Shown in pieces: positions 50,821 to 64,000 of a stretch of DNA of 64,000 nt (positions are counted from its first letter, which is position 1; each line of letters begins with the position of its first letter). Source of the stretch: Lama glama (Eukaryota); contig CM052841.1 of NCBI GenBank assembly GCA_028534125.1, positions 55,552,001-55,616,000 of the forward strand, written 5' to 3'. A program made the translations under genes and the position numbers. Under the pieces are notes generated by a model. It searched no databases. It was given only the letters and a program-made list of their open reading frames with translations, and was not told the DNA's origin.

Positions 50821-52189
50821 ACCAGTGGTTTTCCTTTATCCCTGTATCACAGCAGGCTCCCATCCACAGGACATTTTTACGGGGGTGGGGGTAAAAAAAT
50901 GGAGATGATTCCTCTTTTTGAGGCTCTTCCAAAGTGATTTGTAAAATGTTTGCACACATGTCAGCTCTGAGAGCTCAGGGCACAAGGGAAGAGTTTCAGT
51001 GTGGAGGAAATAACCCCCCGAGGCTGGAGCTTCTTGGGACCAGAGGGAGGACTGGGGAGAAGACTTTGAAGACAGAGATGCCATCAAGATACCAACAACC
51101 CAGCATAACGGCTGGCGTGCGTAGTAGGTGCTCGGTAAATATTGGATGAAACACTGAATGAATGGTGCCATTTGCTGAGTTCTCTGCAACATTTTCATGC
51201 TATTTTAAGTGGGAAGATGGAAAACAGGGTGAAGTGCCAGCCCAGAGGCTGGAGCAGAGCTGGGAGCTAAGAGCACACAAGATTTTATTTATGAAACCCC
51301 GTACAGAGTCTTTCCCTCTCACCATGAGTAGTGCTCATATTATGTGGTGTTACAAATGCTGGAACAACAGTACCTTGTATTTATGGAGTGGCTGCCTCGG
51401 AGGGGTTCAGACCGTTTCACAGACATGATCTCATTCATGCTGTCTCAGGTCTTCTATTCAATTACAGGATAGTTCATTATTCCAAATGATGCTGCAAACT
51501 ATTTCTTTTAGATGCACACTTAGAATTATCCATTCTCCTGTTACAGGTTCTAAGATTTACAGAGCACCACCAAATGACTCCCAGAACTGCTACAGCAGGA
51601 AAGGAGGTAGGCAGAAATGGAAGTTCTCTGAATTTGTAATTTATGAGCTCTTCAAATATTAGGAAGGCGTTCTTTGTATATTCATTTTTGAAACGGGGGG
51701 AAGACAAGCTATGACTTAGTTACAGCCATATAATATAATGATAAAGATAGGGGGAAAAAAAGACTATGAATCCTTCATAACATTGGCTAGAGCTATAAAA
51801 ATAGGAGTTAACCAGTGTGGCGAAGAGGCGAAATAATTATAATCATAATAAGCATGGAAGCAGATTGTGATATGGACTTACTCCCAAGCTAAGGCTCATG
51901 TGGACTGGATTCTTCTGCTTTCCTCTGAATTACTTTGTGGTCTTAAACAAACTCCTGACTTCTCTGGGCCTTCGTTGCATTATCTGACATTGGAGGTGAT
52001 TGGATTAGGTGTTCTCTGAGTCCCTTCTGTCATCAAGACTGCACAAGCCTTTGTGGTTCTCCACCTCTACAATCACCATCATCACCACCATCACCACCAT
52101 TGATGTCTAATGTTTAGAAGGAACATAATAGATACTCACCAAGTGTTTAGTAGGGTGAGTGTGTCTAGTTTTCAGTAGTTTGCACATTA

Positions 52190-52660
52190 GATTTGACTGA
52201 GTACACATTTGTTGTGTGCTTGCTATGTTCCAGGCACAAAGATAATGCTGGGGGTAAAAAATTGTGGAAAAGCTAGTCATCAACATACATATAAGCTATG
52301 CAGGGAGTCAAAATGATCACATTTGAGTGAGTAGAGGCTTCTTGGAGGAGATGACATAAATTAGCTTTAAATGGATAATTAATACAAGTTCACCAGATGG
52401 ACCTGGAAGGGAAATGGTTGAAGTGGAAAGAATTTACAGTCAGAGGGACGAGTATGTACAAAGACGAGAGGTACAAAAGGGCTTGGGGAAATGCAAACAA
52501 TGTCTGAAGATGGATCAGGAGGAAACCAGACTGGAGAAGGAGGTGTGAGTCACATGATTAAGAACCTCAAAACCTGGCTAAGGATCTCAGGCTTTGTTGT
52601 AGGAAACTGGGCCATTGAAGGGCTCATAGCAGGAGATGATCATGTCTGACTTACAGAAGG
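52190..52660 (-). mobile_element. L2 LINE fragment
   Basis: 'ctatgttccaggcac...aggcttcttggaggagatgaca...ggctaaggatctcaggcttt'. Confidence 0.75.
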
Positions 52661-53549
52661 AACATTAGAAATTACCACATACTTCCCTCCAAGGAAATCA
52701 TGGACTAGATGTTATTCTTGTTTCACAAATGGAGAACTTGAGATTCAGATAGAAGACACCTGGCTAGACCCAAATAGCTTAAAAATTGCAGAGCCAGGAT
52801 TAGACTCCTTTAATAAAAATCTATCAAAATCTACCCTCTTCTACCTGTACCATTTAACCTAGTCTTCCTCTCCTGCACAGACCGCCTGTTCCACAGATAA
52901 ATCATTCGCTTGTTCTCTGAGTGCACAATGACATATCCCTCTCCCGCTCTTGCCGCCATGCTGTTCTGTCAGTCTGGGATGTGCTACGCCTGTCCTCTCC
53001 AGTCCAAATTTCACAAATATGTCAAGATTCAACTCAAGCTCCTTCTACTCTGGGAAACTTTCCCTGGCCCCACTCTAGTTTCCACAGTCTTTTCAGAAAA
53101 GCTAGAGTATTTACGGTGTAGACCACGCATCCTAACACTCTTCATCCACTCAGTGCATTCAACAATCCCAGATGGTACACAGCTTCTATGTGCCAAAAGC
53201 CATGCAAGGTAGTGGTAATACAACAGTGAGCAAAAGACACAGTCTTTACCCTCATGAAGCTTAAGTCTAATTTGAAGAGACAGGTAGCAATGAGTAGCCA
53301 CGCATTTACAAGCCTGGATAGTGTTTCAAAGGAAGAGTGTAGGGTGCTGAGACTGCAGAAGAGGAGAAACACTCCAGAAGAAATGATGCTCAAGATAGGA
53401 TATGAAGGGTTAGAGAGTGAGTAGCTGTTAACCTTGTAAAGAGATGGGAGATAAGGGGAGAAACGTGGCCTGGGCTGATGGAACACCCTACATAAAGCCC
53501 ATGGTGGAAGAAAGCACAATGCATTGAGGAACAAAAAGGAGGCAATGTT

Positions 53550-54110
53550 CATTAGCCAGGATACATAGGAGCAAGCAACAGAAACCGGCTCCGGTAAAAT
53601 TTAAACCCAACAGAAAATTATTGGCAGGATATTGAGATGTTCACAGCCTCACTAAGAAGGCCTGGAAAACCAAAGGATTCCATGCCTCTGAAACCCATTA
53701 TGACGCATGAGCAATCTGGTAGGGAAGCTGATAGCCCCACTGGTTTAACACTGGACTCCACAGCTAGCATCACTCACACCCCCAGCACAGGGCTTCTGGT
53801 GCTGCCTCTGGCACCTCTGGCACCTCTGGCACCTCTTTCACCGGTGCCCTGGACAAAGGCAGATGTCACTTCTGCCACCATGATGAAATTTTTTCCCAGT
53901 CTTTTTTTTTCTTTCTGTCTTTCTTCTATTCCACTACCTACAGGCAGGCACCTCTGATTGGCCACCATGCTCTCATTTTCTAGGTTAGTAAGAAAGTATG
54001 TATCTGGATTTTTTTTTCTTCTATATCAGAGCATACACTGTTTCTCATCAAGACTTGTAAAGTGGAAAACTCTCCACATATAGAAAGAAGGTTCAGGTGC
54101 TGGGCACACA
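53550..54110 (-). mobile_element. Old MaLR LTR (MLT1M/N-like) containing a (CCTCTGGCA)x3.5 repeat at 53805-53836
   Basis: Start 'attagccaggat...gcaagcaacagaaaccggctc...ttattggcaggatattg'. Confidence 0.5.
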
Positions 54111-54897
54111 ATAACACAACCGGACAGGAGTGCCTGAAACATTTCTCTAATTGTTTTAGCTATGTTCATCTCATCTGCCAAACTGAATTGGGATCTCCTT
54201 TGGGAAAGTGCCTGTGCTTTCTTCCTCCCTCATAAACTCAGCCATAACTGACGGCACTGGCCACATACTCCCTGCTCAATCAATTCTTGTTGACTTCAGT
54301 CTAGTTCATTCTGCAAAGGTCATTTCATTTGACCTTAGCTGGGAGATGGTTTTCAAATGTAAAATACGAATAACTCAGCCCTGGAGTCTAGCAGCACCCG
54401 CAGATAATCATGTCATCTGGCTATGCAGAACCTCTGGGCACGGGGAGGTATTCTGGGATGTGAGCAGATACAGGATGGAAACTGCTACCTGACATTCCCG
54501 TCACATCTTAGGGGCTTATTCCCTCTAGGGCAGTAGAGAGGCTCATGTCTTGAAAATGCATTTGGGCAATCCACTATGAGGTGAAAAAAAAGCTCCTTAA
54601 AAAATGAACAGTCTACACAGTCAGGTGCAATGCCTCACAGCAAAGGATTTCCTCTCTCATTGTCTTTCACAGTGATTTGGTGGAAGGAGTGCGGGATTAG
54701 GAACCAGAATACCTGAGTCTAAGACCTGGCTCTGGGCATATGAGACATGAGGTCTCGGTCTGTTCCCATTATTTCCTGGACCCTCAGATCCCTCTTCTAT
54801 TAAATGATCATTTATTAGGGTGCAAGCTGTGATGGGCATCTGTTGTTTCTACTTGTTCCATCTTTCTTTTTCTGAAATTGTTTATACCTCTTTCAGA

Positions 54898-55072
54898 ATG
54901 ATGATTCTCAAATTTGATCATACATCAGAATCACATGGACAGCTTGTTAAAACACAGATTCCTGAAACCTCCTTCTAGAGTTTCTGATTTTAAAGGTCTG
55001 GGATAGTGTTTAAAAATTTATATTTCTAGCTAATTTCCAGGGGGCTCCAGTGACCACACTTTGAGAACCACT
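54898..55072 (-). mobile_element. MER5A hAT-Charlie MITE
   Basis: 'ttctcaaatttg...catcagaatcacatggacagcttgttaaaacacagatt...gaccacactttgagaaccact'. Confidence 0.9.
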
Positions 55073-55149
55073 ATACTCAAAAACCAACCCCCTCTTATGC
55101 TTAGTCCAGGGGTTCAAGAGGCTAATTTCAGCCTTTGGCTCCAAAGCTG

Positions 55150-55494
55150 AGAACACAAAGCAGGCCAGCCTAGTTAGTTTATTCAAACCATCTAGCCACA
55201 GAGGATCACTTGGGATGGACAGGAGAGCCATGTCAAGCCAATGGACATCTTTTCTTCAAGCGTCGCTCACCTGGTAGAATGTGAACCTGAATCCGCTGGG
55301 GGCTATCCTGCATCTCCTGACGGTTATGCCAACAGAGAACATCAGAGCATAGACATGCGAAGCATAGGTTCCTGAAGCTCAACTTGAGCTTTCCAGTCAT
55401 CTTTGAAGTGTGCTATATGAGACCACACGTTCTCTTTTCCACTTGAGCAACTTGGATTTCTGTCACTTGCAACCAAATAATCCTGAGTAATACA
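55150..55494 (+). mobile_element. MaLR LTR 3' part (MLT1I-L-like)
   Basis: Ends 'tttctgtcacttgcaaccaaataatcctgagtaataca'. Confidence 0.7.
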
Positions 55495-56569
55495 TACACT
55501 TCACTCAACTTCCCAAGACCAGAATGTGGGCTTTAGTCCCTTTAGAAACAAACAAACGAGCAAACAAAAAAACTTCCAAGAAGTTGTAACTGTGAGACAA
55601 TGACCAGATAGGAAAATTATGAAACAGCGATATAGTTCCTCAAGGACTAACTTGCCAGACCATCTGAGAACAGCACACCAAAACCACCATGATGATTAGA
55701 AGAATGATAAAGCACCTTTGCTGAGCAGGTAATGAATATTAGACTCTCTGCTTAATGACTTTCACGCATTATCTAACTTAATCCACACAACGAACGTTGG
55801 AGGCAAATACTATCACGATATCAGCTCATGGATAAGGATACTGAACCTCCCAGATTTTAAGAAACTCATCCATGGTTGCTAACCTAGTAAAAGACAGTAA
55901 GAAAAGAAGAAAAGAAAAAAAAAAGTCAATCCAATTGGCTTGACTCCAGAAGCCATATTCTGGCATCCTTGTGAGATCAAAAGTCTTGAGCTTCCATTGT
56001 AATTCAGAGACCACATCATCCTGAGGATATGGCAGTGGTGCTTGGTTCAGACAGAGGAACAAATATGGACCACTTTTAAAAACAGGAAAACTCACAACAC
56101 AATTTGGCCTGGGCTCAGAGGATGGAGACACCCCCTGCTGACTTCAAACTGGCCAAGTGGTGTGAGCCTTCTGGAGTTGTTTGAGGATCTGGAAATGACT
56201 ACTTCTGTGGCTCTGGCAGACTGACTATCTTTGCCTGCCTTGAACTCTGCACAGTACCCTCTCAGGACCCCTGGCAAAGGCACCTGATAGGCGCAGGCCT
56301 GGGTCCTCTCCTGCCCTGATATCAACAAACTCTTAAACTGTTCACTTGTCTCAATGCATTTTGTGACATTGACAGCTGCCCAAATCTGTGGTCACCCAAT
56401 TTATCTAATCAGCACCCCCCACAAGCCTGCCTCTAAGAGCCTGTACCCAAAATAGAATTTTGCAGGTATTCCAAAGATCCTCCCCAATAAATATTTTATT
56501 GGTTACCAATTTCCCCATCTCAAAAATGTATACTCAGATGGTTTGCTTATATAAGCAGATGGATTTTTT

Positions 56570-57094
56570 TTTAAATTGAAGAATAGTTGATTTACAATGT
56601 GTTAGTCTCTGGTATACAGCATAGTGATTCAGTCATATATATATATATATACACATACACACACACACATATATTCTTTTTTATTATAGGTTATTACAAG
56701 CTATTTAATATAGTTCCCTGTGCTCTACAGTAGGACTTTGTTGTTTATCTATTTTGTGTATAGTAGTTTGTATCTGCTAATCCCAAACTCCTAATTCATC
56801 ACCCCTCTTCCCCTCTGGTAACTGTAAGTCTGTTTTCTACATCTGTGAGTCTCTTTCTGTCTGTAAATAAGTTTGTGTCATTTTTTTTTTAGATTCCACA
56901 TAGAAGTGATACCATATTGTATTTGTCTTTGTCTGAATTTACTTAGTATNNNNNNNNNNNNNNNNNNNNNNNNNNNNNNNNNNNNNNNNNNNNNNNNNNN
57001 NNNNNNNNNNNNNNNNNNNNNNNNNNNNNNNNNNNNNNNNNNNNNNNNNNNNNNNNNNNNNNNNNNNNNNNNNNNNNNNNNNNNNNNNNNNNNN
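56570..57094 (-). mobile_element. Lineage-specific L1 3' end; its 5' part lies in a 145-N gap (56950-57094)
   Basis: 'aattgaagaatagttgatttacaatgt...tatagttccctgtgc...tttagattccacata'. TSD ATAAGCAGA(TG/CT)GATTTTTT at 56551-69 and 57095-113. Confidence 0.9.
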
Positions 57095-57289
57095 ATAAGC
57101 AGACTGATTTTTTAAAATAACTTTCAGACCTTTTCAGTGTGTCCTGTGGCTTCTGTGCATATCACAATTTTTCTACTCCTCAATTTCCATGCATCTGTAT
57201 TTGTTCCAAGGCACAGTGGCAGCCTGGCTCCTCTTGCGTATATAACAGAGAAGGTGGGATTTTATCCACTGTTGTCTGATGGGTCCTTC

Positions 57290-57975
57290 TTTATTGCCTG
57301 CATGAATTCTTTCACCAACTTCCTAATCTGAATTCTTAACCAACATTCTCACTCCACACACCCCAGACACGCCTCTCCTGGCTGCATGGCTATCTTTCTG
57401 AAACACAAAGATCCTTTCCTTCACTCGTAAGCTAAAAGCCTGCTACTGATTCAACCTCTGGCATGTGCCACGGGAACCTTTTCACACTCTTCCTAAAGCA
57501 CAGTTCCAGGCTTGCTTCCTTGCAGCCACACCCACTGTACATTTAGCCTCAAGTGCCCCCCTCGCTGACCCATCATGGCCAGACTCCCGTTTCCTGGATT
57601 CAGTCTCTGCGCTTCTGCTAGGGGTTATTTCTTGACGTGGTGGCAACCATCCTGCTGCCTCTTGGCCCATCCAAGCATTACTTGTCCTTCTGGTTCTGCT
57701 GAAAATCTTCCTCCTCCATGACATCCTCAGATCCCCTCGCCTGGAGATAATATCCGCCTCCTCTGGACATCCATAGCGTTTTTATTGCTCCTCTCTCACA
57801 GTCCCCAGCCCTGCCTCTATTATAGTTATTTATAGATAGAAATCTCATCCCCCCACTAGTCTATAAAACCTTTGGATGCACAGTCCCTGCATCACTTAGC
57901 AACATATTCTACAGTGGACCTGGCTTAGTACCTTCCATACACATTGGAAACCCACACGCCTAATAAACAAATAGA
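57290..57975 (+). mobile_element. L2 LINE 3' region
   Basis: 'ctatctttctgaaacacaa', 'aatcttcctcctccatgac', 'ctcatcccccactagtctataa'. Confidence 0.7.
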
Positions 57976-58793
57976 CTAACGGCGTTCTAGGACGGGACCC
58001 TACCCCGAAATGTCCCTCGTACGTTCTGTCCTCTTGATGGAGATACCGCAGTATAAGATCAGTCGCCCTGGGTTGACACAGAGACCTATTGTAGGGGCAC
58101 CTCATTAGATCATACCTACCAAAAGTGTCTCCAGTGATGGGGTCAGTAGCCAAGTACCCCCCGGAGCAACTGGGGACCCGGTGTGTAGCAGCTCCCCCCA
58201 CTAATTAGCATGATTTTTTAAAGTATGATTCTTTATCTTTTAAAACTCATGTGTGTTTTAAATTCTATCTCATAAGTCACAGATAGTTTGTTTAATATAA
58301 ATATTTTCTCTTAATATAAATGGCCAAATAAAATTAAGCTCCAGGCATTTATGCCAGGCATACCCTGTGGCTCTAGGTACCTTCTGGGTCCCCATGATGG
58401 ATGACATTACCCCTGACTGCAAGGCACAGTGTTAAAGGGTCTGAGTCATTCATGTATTCTGTGAATTAATGATTCTGCTTTTTTTCTAGCTGAGGGCAAA
58501 AGGAAGACCCTACCAACATGATGAGATAGAAGAGACTGACTAGAGACCAACCAGAGTTGTTTCTTGGAGGGACTGTGAAAAATGGATCTGGGGAGGCAGG
58601 CAGGGATAATGCCATGAGCACGTGAGACTAATCAAGGTCCCCTGAGACAGAAGGGGAGGGAGGGAGTCTGGCCTGGCCCACAATTTGCCAGATGATGGTC
58701 ATGCTTTGGCCTTTCCTCTCCCCATGGAAGTTGGAGGCCTGAGATATCGAGGTCGTCAATTCATTTTCTTACTGGAAACTGAGCTAGCTTATC

Positions 58794-58933
58794 NNNNNNN
58801 NNNNNNNNNNNNNNNNNNNNNNNNNNNNNNNNNNNNNNNNNNNNNNNNNNNNNNNNNNNNNNNNNNNNNNNNNNNNNNNNNNNNNNNNNNNNNNNNNNNN
58901 NNNNNNNNNNNNNNNNNNNNNNNNNNNNNNNNN
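58794..58933. other. Assembly gap (140 N)
   Basis: Run of N. Confidence 0.99.
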
Positions 58934-60099
58934 GAGCTGTTCGGGAGGCTGGATTCCAGCTATTCCTGTGAGGCTCCATGGGCAGCAATGAGGGCGGAGG
59001 GCTTGGGGAGAGAGAGCGTCTGAAGAGAAAAGCTCAGTAAAGGTTAACTGTGCAGATTTGAGAAGCTAATTGGAAACCTCTTAAACAAAATCCAGGTTAA
59101 TAAGAGTTGAAAAGAACAACATACCCCTTTCATAACGATTATTATGATTATTATGATTATTAGCATTGTCTTCCCACCTACATCAAAATTGCTTGCATTT
59201 CAGTAGACCCGGCATAAGCAACCTGACCGCCTCCTGAAAACACCTGGTCTTGATGTTGAATCAGTAGATTCCAAGACTTTTAGAGACAGAGTGGATCTTA
59301 TGGATGGTTGTGGGATGATGGGGAAACAGGTCTAGACATTGCATCTCGCTCTGTTACATCTTAGACTTGTCTCTTACATTCTGCCCTCAAATTCCTGCAG
59401 TATCCATAAAAGAGAGTGGTAAATAAATTGGACCAACAATAATCATTGGACTCCTACCATATGCCAGGCTAATGAGAATGACAGTGTTACAGATAAGGTC
59501 TCTGCCCTCATAGAACTTATATTCTTTGGGAAACACATTCTGCTAAATGGGCAGTCATGTTATTGATGGGGGCATGTACAAAGGCCATGAGAGCTCTAGG
59601 AAGGACCTTCTATTCTGGTCAGGAGGAGAGGTGGTAGGAAGGTTTTCTGTTTGTTCAGTCTCTTCGGTACACATGCATCACATTAATAATATTACCCTAT
59701 ATCTCAATGCTTCATCCACTTGAATTTCAGGAATTCCAGGCTGCATCATCTTGATAGTGATAGTGGAAAGGTGAGAAAGGGGTTTTCACCTCCATTACAT
59801 AATTGGAGTTATCACCTAAAAATCTGCAATTAGTCAGCCTCATTTCACTGATCTTCCATCCTTTACCCCTGTTCCTCTACTATTCATAGCTTCCCTTTTT
59901 GTCCCAGTGACCATGCCACTGCCAATCTCCTCTGGAGTACTCACCTCCATGCTACCCAGAGGTGATGTCACCCTTGATAAAAAGGTACCCTTGATACCCT
60001 TGACAGAGAGTATCCTTGGCAACTTATCCTGAGCCCGAAGGTATGTTTCTCCCTGTCTCTATCATGTGAACTGGCTCATTCACACTGATTAAAGATGAC

Positions 60100-60371
60100 A
60101 GACCATGTGGACCACAGATGATTCAGCCCAGTTGTCCCAATCAAGGTCCCAAATACATTATAAAACCCAATCAATATCAACAAAACCAACCTATAGCTGA
60201 CCCACAACTGATCAAAGACACATGAGGGAGGCTAGCTGAGACTAAAGGAACTACCCTGCTCAGCCCAGTCCAAATTGCTAACCTGCAGAATCATGAGTTA
60301 CATAGATGGTTATTATTTAAAGTCATTATCTTTTGGGGTAGTTTGTTATGCAGTAACAGCTAACTGATACA
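60100..60371 (+). mobile_element. MaLR LTR 3' part, MLT1F/G/H-like
   Basis: 'ctcagcccagtccaaattgctaacctgcagaatcatgag...ttttggggtagtttgttatgcagtaacagctaactgataca'. Confidence 0.85.
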
Positions 60372-61819
60372 TATGGCAATTAACTCTATTATAGACCAGT
60401 TCAATTCAACCAAAGGTTTTTGAATATCTACTATGTTCCTAGTCAATGAAGGTATAATAGTGAATGAGACATACTCTCTGTTCAAATAAATTTATAATCC
60501 AACACCTTTTAAATGTAACCAAGCAATTAAAAGACTCTAAGAGTTTAAACTTTCATCTATAGATCACTATGTTGAGGCCTCAAGGTAGTCTGTGGACTCC
60601 TTGGAAGTGTTTTAAAATTTTGCATGTATCTGCCAATGTACAATTTTTTAAATGAAGGCCTTTGGTTTTAAATCATCTTTTCAAAGGGCTAAGTGAGCCA
60701 GAAGATGTTGAGAACTGCTGGATGATCGTGCAATCTAAGACTCTTCATACTGCCCAAGACTCACATGGCAAGCAGTCTGGTCTGGGATACATTTCATTGC
60801 TGACTCATCCAATCAGAAAGGTGTCCTCAAAATGATATGCTGCCAGAGGCCACCAAGGTTTATGTGTTGGAGGATCAGAGTGCTATGGCTGTCTTGAAAA
60901 AAGCTTCCCACCGATAATGTTATCACTTTCTTGTCACATAGAGCACAACCTCTGTATGATCCAAAGCACATTTTCTTTAAAAAATGATGGGCTTATCTGT
61001 GTCTCACTTTTGCTCACAACCACTATAGGGTTGGTAAATCTTTCTCCCAGGGCAAGGATACAAGTCTATCACTTCCTATAGCCTCGCTCTTCTGGCAACA
61101 AAGGCTTCTCTCACTCCAGTCAACAATGCAGAATATTTAGCCTCCAGGTTCTTGTTTGAGGATTCCACTGAGATCCGTCTGAGATAAAGAACCATACCAA
61201 ACCCTGATTATAACAACATCTGATGTTTGGGAAGACAGTCTGATGGGCAGACTAATTATTCCTTTCTCTAAATTATTGAGGTTTTCTTCATTTTAGGCTA
61301 GATAACCAGGGGAAAAAAAAGAGGAAGAAGCAGGGTAAAGGGCAGAAAATTCCCTGAATAATTAGAACCATATCCTATGCCCGCTTCTTCTACAGTCTTG
61401 CTTAGCATCTTTGATCAAAGCCACCTTCTCTAAATCTGTTTTCTTATTTATAAAATTGGAATTACAATCCAATCCCTGCCCTCATCCCAAAGAGGTAACT
61501 GTTAAGCTTGAGCAAATAATAAGTGTAAAGTTCTACCAAACCTAAGGTAGGTCTCCTCTAGCTTGTGTTTCTATGATTCACTTGGAGTCTTTTGCCTGGT
61601 CCCACGTAATTCAAACTTTCATCTCTGGAGTTATGATATCATGTATCATTGACAGTATCAGATGGATGGCATCACTTTCCAAATCAGGCCCTCTTGGAAG
61701 CCTTCCCTGTCTCCCCCTGGATGGCTGGAGAGGTAGGGTGTTGAACCCCCACAGTCCCTGTGCTTCTCAGGATTGGTGTGTTGAAATGACTGGTCTTATT
61801 TCTACATCAAGAGATGTCA

Positions 61820-62070
61820 AGAGATGGTATAATGCGATGGTGAGCTTGGGAATAACACTGCCTGGGGTCGAATCCTATAACAACCATTTACTAACTACGT
61901 AAACAAATCACTGAACCTTCCTGTGCCTCAGGTTTCTCTCACAGGCAAAACTGGGCAGATAATAGTCTCCGTATCTCACATGTTTTGGGGTAGGATTAAG
62001 GGAGTTAAGTTAAATTCCTGTACTTAGTGGAGTATGAAGAGAGCTTGAAAATATTACCTAATATCATTAG
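61820..62070 (+). mobile_element. MIR SINE
   Basis: 'ctgcctggggtcgaatcc...aaatcactgaaccttcctgtgcctcaggtttc'. Confidence 0.85.
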
Positions 62071-62449
62071 CTCTTTTGGGTAATTGAGTTTTGAGCTCAA
62101 CTTGGAGTCACCTTTCGCTTGTCCATTTTCAGATCCTCAACACCCGCTGCTTGATAGAGCTCAACAAATATTAAAACGTGAGCATGAATGAATGAATGAA
62201 TGAATGAAATGGTGGCAGGCAGAACCGTGGTTCTGAAGTCAGTACACATGAATCCTGGTCCGAGTTTAATCTGTAACTCCATCTGACACTCCTGAAACAC
62301 ATTATTTACCTCCCCTACCCTCCATTTCCTCATCTATTAGATGTGAGCAGTGGACCAGATAATCACTAATGACCATTTCATCTCCAGAGGTATATAAAAT
62401 GAGATTACAAGGTGAGAAGGAGATGAGTTATTTTACCCAGAGTCTACTG

Positions 62450-62660
62450 GTGGCCCAGACAATTTACACAAAGTATCTTATGAAATCTTCCCCATGCATG
62501 ATCAAGTAAACAGGATTATCTCCATTCTATGAATACAGAAATTAATGAGACTCAGATAGGTTAAGTAACTTTCCCCAGACCACACAGTTAGGAAGTTGTG
62601 AAGCAAGGACTCCATCCAGTTCCGACTGAAGCCAAAGGTAAGTGCTTTCCACTATCCTAC
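62450..62660 (-). mobile_element. MIR SINE
   Basis: 'tgagactcagataggttaagtaactttccccagaccacacagttaggaagt'. Confidence 0.8.
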
Positions 62661-64000
62661 TGAGATCCAAGGTGTCAAAGTGAAAGGTGGTGTGCTGTAA
62701 CTCATGCAACACCCTCTCCCATCAAAGGGAAGCAGAGGCGGTAAGCAGGGTAAGGCAGGTATACTTAGAACAGGTGTGGAGAGAGCTGTCATCTTGACAC
62801 ACAGGTTTAGACACATCAGCATCCGTGTTGGAATCCAGATGGAGAGAGATTAAGCAGGGGAGACAGTAGCAGCTATAACATTAGCCCTGAGTTAATTGCT
62901 ATTTTGGTGTCCTTATGGAAGGAAACATCCACTGTACATATTCACACAGCAAATGGAATTCATAACAATTTCTTTGAGTTGGGAATCACTTGTCCCCTCC
63001 TCCCTGGAGCTAATCCAATGTCTATATTTAACCCGGCGGGCTGGGTGGCATATTTGGGTGATTATTTATAGATACCCTCATGCAAGGTCTGCTGAAAAGC
63101 CACAGGGATTCAGCCAAGGCGGGGGTGGGGTGGGGGGGAAGAATAGCTCCAGATGTGCAACTGCACGTGAAGCCACGTCTGAGCCTTTGTTGGCTAAGGA
63201 GGCTGGGGAGCTCAAATATGCATGAGATCTCCGTGTCTTGGCTTTTTATTTTTATTCCCAACTCCCAACATAAGGGGGCTTTATTTGAACATAGGGGTAG
63301 CTAAATCACCAATCTTACATTTGGAAGGAAATTTAGAGCCTAATCTCCTATCTGATATTTGAATCCTCTCTGCAGTATTACTTATTAATTAGAACCCTAA
63401 CCTTGCCATTCATTGATTCATTGCTGGTGATTGAGAACCTACACTAGGATCTGTGCTAGGGATTGCATAAGTGAGTGGATCATGGTCTCTGCCCTCAGGT
63501 AGTTATGCTGAGTTGAGAGGATGGCAGGTGGATGGAGAATTACAAGATACACAGTCAACAAGACAACTGTGGTACTGGAATCACAGAACGCGGCATGACT
63601 CCGTGACTGGCTTGGATAATGGCTCAGTAAATGGCGACCATGGTTCTTATTCCCTTCTTACTGTTGTAAGAAAGCTTCCTAGCTGACTCTGGAATATTAA
63701 GTTCTATTTCTCCAGGCAGAAAAGGGGATGAATAGGGCAGCATAAAAGAATGGAACAATAGAGTATTTTCACAGAATGGTGAGAAGATGAGACAATCTGA
63801 AATAGATTTTTCACACTGAGGAGTGGATTGAGATGAGGCAGGAAGGGTAGATTGGGGTTCACATTTAAAATATATACTTCTGAATATCATACTAAGTAGA
63901 AAGAGACCGGTCACAATGATTTGATAAGCAAAGGAGTAATGGGATTTTTGTCTTAAAATATGCAAAAATTATCTAGATTAGTTGATATTATTCAAATTTT

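Noticed and set aside
59700-60100. Possible ERVL internal sequence beside the MLT1 LTR
   Set aside because: No gag/pol motif could be read in the frames I checked.
1-64000. Window-wide enrichment of AP-1 (about a dozen TGA[CG]TCA) and kappaB-like 10-mers
   Set aside because: Counts are close to rough chance expectation for 64 kb; only the tight local clusters were kept.

Overview
This is mammalian genomic DNA, not prokaryotic. It is most likely from a camelid (alpaca or camel): it carries a vic-1-type tRNA-derived SINE and camelid/cetartiodactyl-type L1 3' ends. The window is repeat-rich intergenic or intronic sequence. Ancient MIR and L2 fragments dominate, alongside L3/CR1, L1M, MaLR/ERVL LTRs (MLT1, LTR33, MER21) and DNA-transposon fossils (MER20, MER5A, MER103C, MER45B, MER2B, MER104, MER97). 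There are six N gaps. I cannot support any protein-coding gene: the ORF track is noise apart from one degenerate L1 ORF2 fragment. I found no CRISPR array, rRNA, functional tRNA or prokaryote-type system, and no convincing novel biological system. The best non-repeat signals are (1) a possible spliced, polyadenylated minus-strand non-coding transcript at ~9.6-19.6 kb and (2) two compact immune-type motif clusters: octamer + kappaB inside a MER103C at ~4.5 kb, and AP-1/PU.1/GC-box/kappaB at ~31.3 kb. Repeat names come from remembered consensus sequences, not a database search. Most boundaries are approximate, and only representative MIR/L2 copies are listed.
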